A stretch of DNA of 64,000 nucleotides from Felis catus (lineage: Eukaryota). Position 1 is the stretch's first letter, and each line of letters starts with the position of its first letter. A model generated the notes under the pieces. It saw only the letters and a program-made list of their open reading frames with translations, searched no databases and was not told where the DNA came from. The translations under genes and the position numbers were made by a program. Location of the stretch: the NCBI RefSeq assembly GCF_018350175.1, contig NC_058368.1, positions 189,536,001 through 189,600,000 of the forward strand, read 5' to 3'. Shown here piece by piece: positions 25,651 to 38,692 of the stretch.

Positions 25651-26004
25651 ATGTATATTAATTAAGACATTAGTTAAGACACAAACTGAACCAAAAAAAC
25701 GTTGGAGTGGGGGGGGGGGAACAGTAGTATTTATTGGCTCATGTGTTTAAAAAGTGCAAGAATATGCTGGCATTAGATACAGAGGGGTAAGGATGTCCAA
25801 ATGTTCAAATATCCAAATGTCCAAATATTACCACTAGGAATCAGTCTCTCTCCACCTCTTATCTTAGTGTTTCTCACCTTTCGAGGTGGGATAGTGGACA
25901 CCAGCACTTCCAGGCAGACATCCTACAAGTTTAAAGTTACCTCTTTGAAAAAAGACCACCTCTTTCCGAATAGATCCAGCAAAAGTTCCAGGGCTGCAAG
26001 TTTG

Positions 26005-26345
26005 GGCTATTTTCCAAGCCCTTACCTAGTTCACTTTCCCTCATTCAGGTCTGAGCTCAAATGTCAATCTCTAGTGAAGACTTCCCTGACTCCACCGTCT
26101 AAGATAGCTCTCTACCTCACTCATTTAACCTTTATTCTACTTTATTTTACAGCACTTGTCATTGCCTGATATCACCTTGTTAATTAATTTATGCACTTAA
26201 TTGTTTTTATTGATCTTCACAACTAGAATATAAACACCACGAGCACCAAGACTATTTAGGTTCTATTCACCTTCAGGATTCCCAGTACTAAAAACAGTAC
26301 CTCCTGGTACATATTTGGTGTTTGATAAATATGTCTTAAATTAAC
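26005..26345 (+). mobile_element. L2 3' end (L2a-like)
   Basis: tcattcaggtctgagctcaaatgtca...actagaatataaacacc...ataaatatgt. Confidence 0.75.
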
Positions 26346-26351
26346 ACGCTC

Positions 26352-26445
26352 TGAGCATGGTAGGAGTATTTACACCAAGGAAATGTTAAAAATCATGGCT
26401 TTTTCCCCCTGAATGCTGATTGTTAAAAATTCACCAGCACACCAG
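26352..26445 (-). mobile_element. MER63-like fragment
   Basis: ggtaggagtatttacacca...ttgttaaaaattcaccagcacacca. Confidence 0.55.
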
Positions 26446-27072
26446 AATCACATATACTGAGAGTGGGAGAGGTTTTGCTTTTTCCATCACAACAGAATAA
26501 TTTGCTTTAACTAAAGGAAGGGTGGGATGGATACTGGGAGGGCCAAAACAGCAGATGGCCACCATAATAAAGTTGACCAGGAAGAGTTCATATGCCAAGA
26601 GAGATATATCAGAGATAAAAACTTGTAGAGTACCAACATTAAAAGATAAGTGGTTAAGTAGAACCCACAGAGCATATATTGAGAAGAAGCCACCAGAAAT
26701 GAGAAAATCAAGTCATGGGGTGTCATAGAAGTCAAGGAAAAATTGAATTTCAAGGAAGAATAAATGAAACATTCTATCTTATACTGCAAAGATCGAGGGA
26801 GCCTAAGGTAGTAATTAAAATTTCGGATCCTTATTTGATTGACAAGATGGCAAGATTCTGACATTGACTGGTCCACATTTCTCTATTGGGCAGAATTAAC
26901 ATGTCAAAAGTTATTGAATACAAGACACCTGTCTCTTTTTCTCAACTGTTGGGGTTCTCTGTGCCTACAGAGTAAAAGCGGGCTCTGCACTCTATGTGGC
27001 TCATTGGAGTACCGCTGGCGTAACAGATCTTACTCTCCCCTTGAGTGATATCACCTTAAAACCCCAATTTGG

Positions 27073-27382
27073 TGGGGATGGAGGAGAAATGGGTGAAGGG
27101 AGTCAAAAGGTACAAACTTCCAGTTATAAAATAAATAAATCATGGGGATATAATAATGTACATCGTGGCAACTATAATTAATAATATTGTATTGCGTATT
27201 TGAAAGTTGGCTAGGAGAGTAACTCTTACAAGTTCTCATCACAAGAAAGAGAAATTTTTGTAACTATGTACGGTGTTTAGATTAATTGTGGTAGTCATTC
27301 CACTGTATATACAAATATTAAATCATTGTGCTATACCCTGAAACTAATATAATGTTGTATATCAATTATACCTTTAAAAAAA
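27073..27382 (+). mobile_element. 5'-truncated L1 3' end (L1MA9/L1_Carn-like) with TSD
   Basis: caaaaggtacaaacttccagttataaaataaataa...cctgaaactaatataatgttgtatatcaattatacct(A)n. TSD aaaa(c/t)cccaatttgg at 27058-27072 and 27379-27393, at a TT/AAAA site. Confidence 0.9.
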
Positions 27383-28259
27383 TCCCAATTTGGGAATGAA
27401 GGAGAAAAGTAATAGTGATGCTATGGAAAGACTTCATATCAAGTTTCCAAACTAGGTTTTCAGCTTAAGCTGGAGACCTCCATCTGTATGGGGGGGGGGG
27501 GGGTGAGTTTTGGATTATTTGGTTTCTGCAGAACTACTGAGTGGAAAAAAGAGGAGTACCACTTGATGCAGGGCTGAGTTTGCCAATTGCTCCCTCTTTG
27601 CATGCCTCATCTTCTCACCCAGATTCCAAGAATTTGATTAGAAACCATAAATATCACTGACCTAAGCAAAAAGACCTAGGTCATAGGTCCCAAAACATAG
27701 ACTTACCACTATGCTTTGTGATCCTACTTAAGTCACTGAACTGTACTGAGCCTCTGTTTTCTCTTCTCTAAGAATACGAAGGGTTGAACTACACCACTTT
27801 AAATGTATCTGCCAGCTCCAAATTTCTGTTTGTGTATCTTGAACTTCTTCTCTATTCCCAAACATCTACCATTATGTGTAGTGCTCTCATAAATATCTCC
27901 TGAAGGACTGAAGGGTAAAGAAACAATATATTACCTAGCCATCATATTATCACCAAAAAGGAAAGAGTGAGGAAAACAGAAGGCAAGTTATAACCAAGAG
28001 AATTAACATCAGACCATGAGTTAGAAATTCATGGATTCAGAATAAGGGCACTCTGCCTTGGCCCCTATTTGTAAATGGTTTATTACCGTAAATTCTAGAA
28101 GGCCCTCATATATCAGTCTCATTTACATCATGATCCTACCCCACAGACAGTGTTGTAACAAAGCAACAAAATGCTCCTTTCTTTCCTTCAGCATTTCACT
28201 GGCCACAATTCTCACTGGAATGCACCCCATCACTGGTATTGGCTAAACTGAAGAGATGA

Positions 28260-28590
28260 TTTATATCATTTAGCACTTTCTGGTGGCAAGCAACAGAAGT
28301 TGACTTAAGGGATAAAAAAGCAATTATTGTAAGTCTACTGTGCAGCTTGTGGAATAAAAGGAAGAGCTGGACAAAGCACAAGAAGGACAAGAAACAGGCA
28401 GCTCAGGGATATCAGTCACTCATGTTTTCTCAAGAGCACTGCTATCAGATGACTCAGCTTCCTCCTGTCTCTATGTATCTCCGCTCAAGATTCAAATGCT
28501 GGGAGGAGAAATTGATTTTGCCTGTTTTGGGCCATATACTTACCACTGCAATCAAAAAGAGCAGTGACTTTTCCCAGCAGAATAGTGTTC
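28260..28590 (-). mobile_element. Old MaLR LTR fragment (late MLT1-like)
   Basis: tttctggtggcaagcaacagaa...ctcaagattcaaa...gagaaattgatt. Confidence 0.4.
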
Positions 28591-28595
28591 ATATG

Positions 28596-28753
28596 GTGTA
28601 TGTATATGTGCATATATTTATATGTGTGGTATAAGTATGAATGAATATGTATGTGTGTATGTGCATATATGTGTGTATATGTATAGCTATATCTGTATGT
28701 GGTATGTGTGTATGAGGCTATACATATGAGATTGTATGTATACATGTGTATTA

Positions 28754-28802
<49 letters not shown>

Positions 28803-28815
28803 CTGTGCACATGTG
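28596..28815. repeat. Compound (TG/TA)n with a perfect (AT)~21 core
   Basis: Direct read. Confidence 0.9.
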
Positions 28816-29424
28816 CGAGGACATGCTGGGAAGATAAAGTCCACGATACCAGATATTTTTTGGCAAAGTCTTTAAGATGTTTTTGAACTCCAGTAACATT
28901 CCCTACCAGCTATGTAACCAGCTACATAGCCCATTATCTTTAAACATTAGTTAATCCCCTTTATAAAATGTGAATACTAGTACTTCCTTTCAGGGCTGCT
29001 CCAAGGATAAAATAAGACAATGCATGTATGCAGTAGTGGTACAACAGGTGCAATAACCCTCATAAATAGGAGTTAATATTCTTACTATCTTATTATCTCT
29101 GATAGGCTATGTTGTTCACAAATAGGTCTAAATCAAGTCCAAAAAAAAGGTCTTACTCCAATCTCATTGTTTCTGCCCCAAGAGCATCACATCAGGAAAT
29201 TCACTCTTGTCCCCAAACCATAGGAGGCTACTCCCTCAATCTCATGTCGGGCCCCTTGCTAATGTATTTCTTTCCACCTGGATATCCACCTTTCTTGAAA
29301 TCCCACTACTAAATTTTCCCCCTTTTTAAAGGCTGGGCTTCAACCCACCACTCCCATTTAGCCTTCACTGGCCCCTCCAGACCTCCTCAATCTCCTGCAT
29401 GAAAACAACACTTACAGGACAGAC

Positions 29425-29590
29425 GGTGACTGTATCCACCAGTTGTGGCCACCTGGGGTGCTATGTTGAGAAGGATTCTGAGACTGAAACCATGTCCAGA
29501 ATCAGGAAGAAAAGAATTAGAGTGTTTGGCATGGGGTGCAAGAAGTAGATACTGTGAGCTACGTGGTATATGGTTGGGATGCTTGCCATA
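29425..29590. mobile_element. MER102-like hAT fragment
   Basis: gtggccacctggggtgctatgttgagaaggattctgagac. Confidence 0.55.
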
Positions 29591-29869
29591 TTAGTCTTTG
29601 ATCATGTAAGGTGTTACACTGTTCACTTAATGCTTCATGTGTGTTCCTTCCTTGAAACCAGGGACCTCATTTCATATTTTTTTATTTATGCCCACTCTAA
29701 CTAGTGGAGTGCTGAGCACAAGGCAAGGAATCAATCAAGGCTGGTGGGAGGATTAATTCATTCCTTGACTGGTAGCCAAAAAGCATGAGGTCATGTACTA
29801 TAAACTCAGATCATCTGGGGACAATGAGCAAATACAATCCCACAGTCTCCCCAGCAGGGACCATGGGGA

Positions 29870-30110
29870 CAGTGGTGTGATCATGGTTTTTTGAGTAAGA
29901 CAAAACTGAGCTAGACTCCAGTCTATTGATTAATTGGGTGGCCTAATGGCCAGGTCATGTAACCACACTGAATGTCAGTGTCCCTCCCCATAAAGAATGA
30001 GGCTAATAATATCCACATTGTAGGATTATGGAGAGGATTAGAAAAGATCACACATATAAAACTTTTGGCCCAGTTCTGGGCAGAAAAGAAACATTCAAAA
30101 TATCTGAGTT
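29870..30110 (+). mobile_element. MIR
   Basis: tcagtgtccctcccca taaa...gtaggattatggagaggatta...aaaacttttggcccagttctggg. Confidence 0.55.
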
Positions 30111-30634
30111 TCATTTTAAGATATGAATAATAAATTTGAAAAGAATTCAGAAAGTCATCATCGTGTGGCAATCTGGTTTCCCAGGAAGACAGTCCACACC
30201 AAGTCCTTGAATCATGCCTTGGGGCGGCATTTATGAGGAATCACCTCTTCCCTCCCACTTAGCCTCCTAGCCTACTACCCACCTTCTACACTCTCACCAC
30301 CCCCTTTGTAGGTAATTTGGAGCTCTTCTCACTAGCACAACAGGCTCTCTTTATAAAGGAGGAGTGGGGATTGGAATGCTCAAACACGTTTTCCACTGAA
30401 TCAAGCCTGTATTTCTCAGGCAGGAGCTAAGCATACTTAGACATGTGGAACGTCAGCCAGGATCAACAGAGACCCTGGATTACCCTTGCTTATGTAATTT
30501 TCTGGGGAAATCCAGGGCATTAAAGTCACTAACCACCCTGCTTCAGTTGAAATAGTGTCTCCCTCTAGAGCCAAAAGTCAATCTAGAATAAACCATACAT
30601 TCCAACCCATAGATGGAGCATTTATTTTTGAAAA

Positions 30635-30750
30635 CAGCTACTATTTACTGAGTGCTTACTATGTGCTAGGCACTATGCTAAGAACTTAATAGACATAGCC
30701 ATACTTTACCCTCCCAACAAACTCAAAAGGTAGTATGAACTACTGCTTCT
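30635..30750 (-). mobile_element. MIR fragment
   Basis: tatttactgagtgcttactatgtgctaggcactatgctaag. Confidence 0.75.
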
Positions 30751-31664
30751 CCTTAAATCTATATAAACCCAGTCATTACCACTGTTTCAGTGGTAATTAC
30801 TGCCCCCTGGGCTATATCTCTGCCCTGCCAAACACTCAGCACAATCACCAGGAATCCAATGGAGAGAGATGCCCAGGGGCAAAATTCCCAGTCTTGCTCC
30901 AGAGCCCCCAGAGATTTCCTCCTAGAACATCCATTAGCCCTGGCAGGCGTTGCTGGTATAAATCACCACCCAGCACTAGATGAGAATATAGTTATTATAA
31001 CAATTGCTGCATTGCATGATGCTTGTGCCATTTGGAAATGTAGGTCTAATTAGCTCTAAGCTGTAGAAGATTTGACTATGGTAGTTTCATTTTGGCTTAA
31101 TGCTCGGTGCCTGGTGTAAAATCTGAATTTATTACTCTTTTTTTAATCATTTCTGCATGGCTCAACCAGTCGTATCAAAACTACTGCATGTTATAGACTT
31201 TAAAAAGTGATTCCCTGTAGGCATTTTAAGGTATAGGATCTATTATGGGAAGATATATATTTGACAGCATTCTGTTTATTACTCAGTTCCGCTACATTGT
31301 TCACAAACCCAGTGAAAGATGTTCACAGTGGTAAGTAACACTTTATTCCAGGAAGAAGAAACGCAGGGCAACTTCCTTCGGTAAGTACTAGAATCAGTGT
31401 GTGGTGCAATTACAGGACTAATGGGCAAATGTTTCACACACTCCATCAAGATCCTCAAAAACAAGAAACTGCTTTAGTGCTCCGTAGCCCCCTAGATTTT
31501 GTCCAAGAATATTTTTCCATTAAAAGTAGTGTGTCTCAGCAATGGATAATCTATGGTACATTTCTGAACATTTTAAAGGACAAAACCCAGGTAGTGTCAT
31601 CCTTCCTAACCCAGTCCCTGAGAATAGCTGTTTGGAAATAGGAAGGGAAGACATCCTTGTTAGT

Positions 31665-31667
<3 letters not shown>

Positions 31668-31720
<53 letters not shown>
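31668..31720. repeat. (TA)~26 microsatellite
   Basis: Direct read. Confidence 0.95.
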
Positions 31721-31722
<2 letters not shown>

Positions 31723-32019
31723 CTTTATTCTATTTGTGCCATAACTAGTCCAGAGTTGGGGCAAGCATCTGGGGAAGGTAACCCAAAGGTCTGACCTCAC
31801 CAAGCTACCAAACCAACCAACCCTGGCACTTCCTACCTCCAGAATTCTTCTTAATGTGCAATAATCCTATTGTTTAAACAACTTTCTGTTGGATAGTCAA
31901 AGCATCCTGATTAATCACTAGAAATAATACAATATTCCATCCTCAAACTATACAAATAGGTAGAGAAGAAAGAAAATGTACTTGACACATAGACCTAGAT
32001 GCACATCTTTACTCTGTTG

Positions 32020-32463
32020 GTAGCTTTTTTATTGATTTATCTGTCTCCCTACTGTGCTGTAGGCCTCTTGAGGATAAGGGATCTGTCTAGTTATTCTTTA
32101 TCTGTAAAGAGAATGTACTAGTCTTTTACAAACTCAAACATCTTGATTGCAATCCAGGCTCTGCCACTTACTAATTCTGTGATCTTGAGCAAATGATTTA
32201 ATTACTCTAACAACAACAACAACAAAAAGTAACAAAAAAATAGTACCATAACACCTACTTTATAGAATTGTTGTAAGATCAACTAAAATAGTCCATGTAG
32301 CAAACTACTTAGCCTGGTATGTGGCACAATGTAAGAATTTTTTTCAAAAGGCAGTTAATAATACTAGTTTTGTATAATTACCACCTACCAATTTGATAAG
32401 AAATTGTTGAATGAATGAGTGAATGAATGAATAAATTAGTGAATAAATGGATGAATGAATAAT
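32020..32463 (+). mobile_element. L2 3' end with a MIR inserted (about 32125-32365) and a (TGAA)n tail
   Basis: L2: atctgtctccctact...tcttgagg and tail ttgttgaatgaatgagtgaatgaa. MIR: aatccaggctctgccacttactaattctgtgatcttgagcaaat. Confidence 0.65.
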
Positions 32464-32910
32464 AACTTTGCTTATGTTGCTTTGAGTGTTCCATGAGGCA
32501 TAAATCTTGGAGTCTTGAGACACTCAAAATTAACTTGGAGTGTGATATAACTTTTTAAAGTTATATTTTATATTTTAAAGATATATTTTTAAACTTATAT
32601 TCAGCTGGTTTGTATCAAGTTTAATGGTTCCATTTTTAAGAATCTCTAGGAAAGATTTGCCCAAAAACAACATGTTCCCTTCTTAGGAAATATTCTCTCT
32701 TGATCTTGTTCCCAAGGGCATAGAGCAGAGATGCCTCCCACTCTCTTGTCCAGTATCAGCTTTCTAAAGCTCAAAAGCCAGCTCTGGCTTCTAAGGCTGG
32801 TCCTCTGCTAACTCTGCCTATGTCCTCTGCATTTCTCCACTCTATCTCCTGGCTTTAGAAAGCAAATATTTTAGAACATCAGTCACATTTCAATCACACA
32901 TAGAGGATGC

Positions 32911-33233
32911 TGTGGAACACCACCCAAACTGACATATTCATTCCCATAGTTGCTAGGAATATTGGCTCCTTCTCTGGTAGCAGCCTACATCCAATGACTG
33001 CTCATTTCTGCAATGCAAAGGTCTAGCCCCCTTGCCTCAATTCAGCACAACCCAAGGACTACATCAGTCCTGAGGCCACAGTCTCTGCTGTAATTACCAA
33101 TCCGTTCTACATCCACCTCTATCCAATCCTACTACCTCACTCCCTCACAGGTGTTGCTCCTGCAAACACATCCCCAGAAAATCTCTTGCACACTAGTTTC
33201 AAAGCCTATTTTCAGGAAATCTGATCTAAGACA
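32911..33233 (+). mobile_element. ERVL solo LTR (LTR16-like)
   Basis: tagcccccttgcctcaa...ccctcacaggtgttgctcc...tcaggaaatctgatctaagaca. Confidence 0.65.
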
Positions 33234-33269
33234 GAATCATTCTAAGTGCCAGATATGTGGCAGTGCATT

Positions 33270-33610
33270 TTTCTGGAAGCTCTGTCACACAGGCATGGTT
33301 AGTTAAATCATTGGTGATTGACAGTTAAACTCAACCTCCAGCCTCTTTACCCACCCTCCAGGAGGTCAGAGGTGTAGGAGTGAAAGTTCCAACTCTCTAA
33401 CCACATGCTTAGCCCCATAGGCAACTGGCCCCCATCTTTAGGTGCTTTGGGTGCATTCCAAAAGTCACCTCATTAACCTAACAACAGACACCTTTATGTT
33501 ATCATCTCTTAGGAAATTCCAAGGGTTTCAGAAGGACTATGCCAGAAACTGGAGCAAAGAACAAATATATATATATATATTTTTTCTTATTATAAACCAC
33601 AATATTATCC
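33270..33610 (-). mobile_element. MER21-like LTR fragment
   Basis: aggcatggttagttaaatcattgg...tgaaagttccaactctctaa...aagtcacctcattaac...ggaaattccaagggttt. Confidence 0.7.
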
Positions 33611-33689
33611 CCTTCAATTCTCTTTTCTGAAGACTGTCAGCTGGAGGGAATTACTTTCTCCCAAAGTAAGTTGTCCACCCAGCAGGTAT

Positions 33690-34420
33690 TTAACAAAAGA
33701 CCCAAGGACAAAACAACTGTAAGGGTGGTAAGAAGTAGTTAGATTCCAGATACATATTTAAGATTTTCTGATGGATTATACATGGTTTTGAGAGGAAGGA
33801 AGGAAGGGGAAGGAAAGAAGGAAAGAAGTAAGAAAGGAAGGAGTCAACAAGGACATCAAGATTTAGTATGAGCAACTAAAATAAAAGATATTACAGGGAG
33901 AAATAGGTTTGGGGGATAAAATTAAATTGTTACATTTTAAGCATGTTAAGTTTGAGTCACGTAATAGACACATAAATGAAACTTTAAATAGGGAGCTAGG
34001 AATCAAGGTCAGAAGAGGGGTCCAAGCTAAAGATATGATTTGGTCATTATTGGCATACAGATTGTATTGAAGGCCATGAAACTGATGAGACCATCAAGTG
34101 TAAGTGGAGACAGATAAGTCAGGGTCTGAGGGCACTCCAGGATTTAGAAATCTAGGTGATGATAAGGAACCAGGAAATAATACTGAGAAGAAACAAGGAT
34201 GAGGTAAAAGGAAAACCAAGTGAGTATGGTGTCCTGGAAGCCCAGTGAAGAAGTACTTTTAGAAACAAGGAGAGATCAACTGCTAACAAGCTGAGCAAGA
34301 TGTACCCTAAGAAGTGGCATTTGGTCTCAGCAATATGGAACTGAATCACCAGTAACTTTGACAAGAGTTGTTTTTGTTGGTAGTAGAGATGAAAGCCTGC
34401 AAAAAGGGTTCATGGAAGAC
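33690..34420 (-). mobile_element. L2 fragment
   Basis: gcatgttaagtttgag...gtatggtgtcctggaagcccagtgaagaa...ctttgacaagag. Confidence 0.8.
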
Positions 34421-34434
34421 CAACAGAACAGACG

Positions 34435-34565
34435 CTACTCCAATGACACAACTGCCTAGAGCTCTATGCTAAGACTCTGAAATTAAGCCAGAGTTTAAAG
34501 AGTGCTGTGCTCAATTAGTGATGTCGGCCATGAGTGCGAGATCGGGAATTAGTGGTATATAGGAT
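34435..34565. mobile_element. MER102-like hAT fragment
   Basis: aaagagtgctgtgctcaattagtgatgtcggccatg. Confidence 0.5.
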
Positions 34566-34621
34566 ACATTTTTATTATTTTTAATCCAGGATATAGAGTG
34601 GCTCATTCCATATCTTTTTTT

Positions 34622-34625
34622 ATTT

Positions 34626-34680
<55 letters not shown>
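34622..34680. repeat. (TTTA)n microsatellite
   Basis: Direct read. Confidence 0.95.
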
Positions 34681-36478
34681 GCTATCCATATCTTTTTTAT
34701 GCTATCACCCATTTGGGGCACTCATTAACAGTTAATTCAGTATTGTTCCATTAAACTTCAGCTTTTTCAATGTCCCAATATTCTTGAATAGAAAGAGATG
34801 TTTTATTAAATTCTACACCCTAGCTGGATAGCTTTAAACCAGTTGCCGGTGTGCCATTAAAGTGATTTATGAGAGTCCTGAAAGAACTCTGTGTGTCTTA
34901 AGAAGATAGCACATCTCTCTGAATAACTAACTTACTAAGCATAGAGCCTTCAAAAGAGTAAAAAAAAAGAAAAAAAATCAACGTTTGACTATGTGATGCA
35001 TACTTCCATTTCCTGTCTCCTTCTTCCCTGGGAGTCAGAACTAGATAAGAAAGATTTTCACATATTGATGTATTTTGTACAGTTATTCTTTTTCATTGAA
35101 GGTCAAATGAGGCTACTTTATCAAATGGGCACAATGTACAGTAAGAGAAACTGAGAAGAACAAGAGGTGTACAGAAATATTAAAATTTAATTTGATCCTA
35201 GTCTCCAAAAGCAGTTCTTTGTTACTCAATCCCTTAGGAACATATTTCCTAGAAGGGTATTTTCTATGGTCTTCAAAACTTAATTTCCCTTTAAATTTGC
35301 ATGCCTGCATTCTCACAAATAACTGCTCAGAGTTGGAAAGTGTCTTGAGTTATCTTGTTCAAATATCTACTCCCTATGTGAATGAATCCTAAGTGCACTA
35401 TCCCTGACAGATGGCTTTTGGATCTCTGGCTAAACACCTCTGGTGATGGACAACTCACTTCCTCGGGAGAAGGCAGTTCCCTCTAGCTGTCAGACTTTTG
35501 AAATGAGAGTTGAAGGAGAATGTGGACATTCAAATAATTGAAGGGTTATGCACATAGGTGAGTGTCTTTTCTCACACAATTGACAAGTTTACATAACAAG
35601 ATGCTCAGATTCTTTGGTTACCTGAGGCTGACTTATTTTGATGCCTCTCTGATTTCTGAGACTCCAAGACAGAGTAAACATTCTTCATTTGTCAAGTAAA
35701 TGCCCCCCAACTATGCCCAGACTTAAGAAGGTTCCCATTAAAATGAACTCAGGACTGATTTTTAAATGTCTTTTGTTCCTGGGCTAGCAGAGAGGCATGT
35801 GGTTGGGAGGGTGGAGGGACAACTGGAATAATGACCTCCTAGTTCTCTAATTATGGCACCAATAATTCCCTTTATATTCTGGTGTTTTGTAGCATGTTTA
35901 TGGTTTTGTCTTATTTCATCTTAAAGGCCAAACAAAAGCTGACTCCAATTGCTACAAACTCATGAGGCCCCAGCCACAGGCCTCAAGCAAGGAAACAAAC
36001 AAATAGAATGCATGGGAACCCAGTTTCTTAGATTAAATATGACAATGGTGTAGAGTCCATATGTCTCAGGAAAAAGGGGACATTGAAAAAGTCTCCAGGG
36101 TGCTCTGTCAAATAAGGATCATCCAGGACCCAAGCAATTGTTCATTTTTCATCCTCAGTGAAATGTCGTATGGATTCCGTCCCTCACTTGTGCTTAAAGA
36201 TGGATGGCCTATTGTTTAAGCCTGGTGTTTTTCATTAATTAGTTCTCTGCCAACAAAGCTTTAAGTAAAGTCATTTAATTTAGACTTTGCCTACTGGATT
36301 ATAGAAAATCAGTATTTATTACTATTTTTCATTAATTTTTATTTTCCATAGGACTCAGCCAGTCAAAGAGACTAGGGTTTTGAAATTTTACAAACCAATT
36401 CCCCATAGATAACAGAAAACATTGGATTTATTGCCCCAAGTAAGCAATTTTGTAATTTGTGCCCAGGTATGTCCAGAA

Positions 36479-36525
36479 AACAACAACAACAACAACAACA
36501 ACAACAGCAACAACAACAACAACAA
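36479..36525. repeat. (CAA)n microsatellite with one CAG interruption
   Basis: Direct read. Confidence 0.95.
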
Positions 36526-37499
36526 AGAGCAAGAAAATGAAAAACAAAATTTGGCTTTTTCCACCTGTGGAGAGATGAACTAAGAATGTGTTTTAGTTAG
36601 TCTGTGGATTCTAAATGCTTCTTTCCAGACTCAAATATCAAAATGACATTCTCATGCATTCTGGGGATGGTGGCAGTTTGGTAAGGAGTGAGTTTTTTTT
36701 AAAGGCCAGCAAGGCAATCTGGTTATATCCATCATTACCCTTAGTTAATGACCTACTTGTTAGTTAGCAGCTGCTGTTGCCAAGGAAAGGTACCTGGTTT
36801 CTAACAGTAGTACCTCATTGCTAGTTGGAGTGAGAGTAATCAATGGCCTGTCTCAGGGCCATGTGGGTGGGTGAACCTAGCCTGAAAAGAATGCGCTTTT
36901 CTTCAGTTACCTAGAAGGACTGTAGGTCTCTCCCTTGGAAAAAACTTAGAAAAAGAGCAGTCCATGTATAAAGTTATCCTAAAACTGGGCAGAACTATTT
37001 GATAGAAACAAGGTTATAATGAAAGCATTTCTAGGGTTTACATTTCCTTGGAAAAGAATATAAAATATAATTTTGACAACAAAATGCCAATTCTTTTCAT
37101 TTCTAGTGAGAAACTAATCATTGAGCAAAAAGAAAATATTCATACCGGTATGATTGGGGCATTCTCCTCTTGTCAAGCCACACAGAAAGTCAAACATGGG
37201 GATCAAAAGGGGGCTTGGAGTTCATGAAATCAGAAGAGAAAAGAATGGATGAATGGGATCTTTACTAGCATCCATCTGATGGTGACAAAGATGTTGACAA
37301 TTGGACCATAAATTTTCAAAGTCCCTCAGCTAGAATTCTTTATATTCATTGCCACTAGCCCTAACCTGTAACTAAAGCTGAAAATAAACACAAAACTAAA
37401 ATCAAGCTTCTCCTACTGGTCTTTGAGCAATCCATGGAGAATTTGGTTGCTTCCTTTCCAGGTGATTTGGAGCCAGGGAGATAGCCAAGTTCCAAAGCA

Positions 37500-38410
37500 C
37501 AAACACTGACCCATGTATTCCAAACATTAAAGACAATGGAAATATAAATTAAAAATGCAGTCTAGGAACCCATCAATTAATGCTCAACTCCTTGAATTTA
37601 TAGTGATATTTAAAAAAACTAATTGGTTACCTTCAGAGGAGGATAGGAACCAATTTGTCATCTTTATGGTAAATAAGGAGAAACAATTAAGCATAGCCTC
37701 AACTGTACCACTGGGTAATCAAAGAGTAGATGAGGGAAAGCATCTGCTCATAAGTTTTCTAGCTAATAAATGCAAGGGAAATGGTAAATTAGACATCACC
37801 ATTTAGTAATTCCCAGTAAACTAATGGATCCAGACATTGAGCACTGGGTGATGTTAACATTTTAAAAAGAGCAAAAATTGGACACCACGTACCTCCTGGT
37901 GAAACAACTCAATGCCACCTGCCAAATGAACCTAAAATTAATCATGTCTCAATGCAATTCCCAACTTATAGAAAATACAGAGGACAGAGGAACATATTGA
38001 ACTGTATAACGAATGTATAATCAACAACATCCATATCATAGGAAAACTCTACAGGGCAAAAGGTAAACGGTAAGAAAAAGAAAGGACTAGATGAGAAACA
38101 TATACATTAAAGGAGACTTGAAAGACATGTTATTTTTTTAATGGCCAAGACTAAACTTGAGCATCTTGGGATGCTCACTTGGATGATAAAACTATACAGG
38201 ACACAAGGAAGTGTTTGTTATAAAAACCAGGATAGAGGTTACTTTGGGGGTAAAGGAGGGGTGAGATTGGATGGGGCAGATAGCCTTCTGGGGTGGATGA
38301 AAAAATTTTATCTCTTGACTTCAATAACGGTTAGAAGGGTGCTGCCTTATAACTTATTAAACTACATAGCTATTTTGTGCAACTTTTCGTATCCGTGTTT
38401 GATTTAACAA
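37500..38410 (+). mobile_element. Ancient L1 3' UTR (L1MC-like)
   Basis: gtagatgagggaaag, aatggatccagacattga and gacagaggaacatattgaactgta are the same blocks seen in 1560-2330. Confidence 0.7.
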
Positions 38411-38499
38411 ACTGAGCAATCTACTCTTCCTCTTTCACTTTGGTTTTGTTTTATGACTACCTGGCCTGAGGAGGACATCTTACCTCTATAAGAAACTCA

Positions 38500-38692
38500 G
38501 AGCACCTGGGCCATTCAGTTGGCTAAGCATCCAGCTCTTGATTTGGGCTCAGGTCATGATTTCATGGCTGTGAGACTGAGCCCCATGTCTGGCTCTGTGC
38601 TGAGTGTGAAGCCTGCTTGGGATTTTCTCTCCCTCTCCCTCTGCCTCTCCCCACCCCTTCCCTCAAAATAAATAAATAAACATTTTTAAAAA
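38500..38692 (+). mobile_element. Can-SINE (older subfamily)
   Basis: gcacctggg...ctcttgatttgggctcaggtcatgat...aaaataaataaataaac. Confidence 0.9.

Noticed and set aside
28485..28899. YI-repeat ORFs
   Set aside because: Translation of a (TA)n/(TG)n microsatellite.
10940..34565. Recurrent motif (aaggattctgag...tgatgtctgccat) at four sites as a novel dispersed repeat
   Set aside because: It resembles the known MER102 hAT family as I recall the consensus.
1560..38410. Similarity between 1.6-2.3 kb and 37.7-38.4 kb as a segmental duplication
   Set aside because: Both are diverged copies of the same old L1 3' UTR family.
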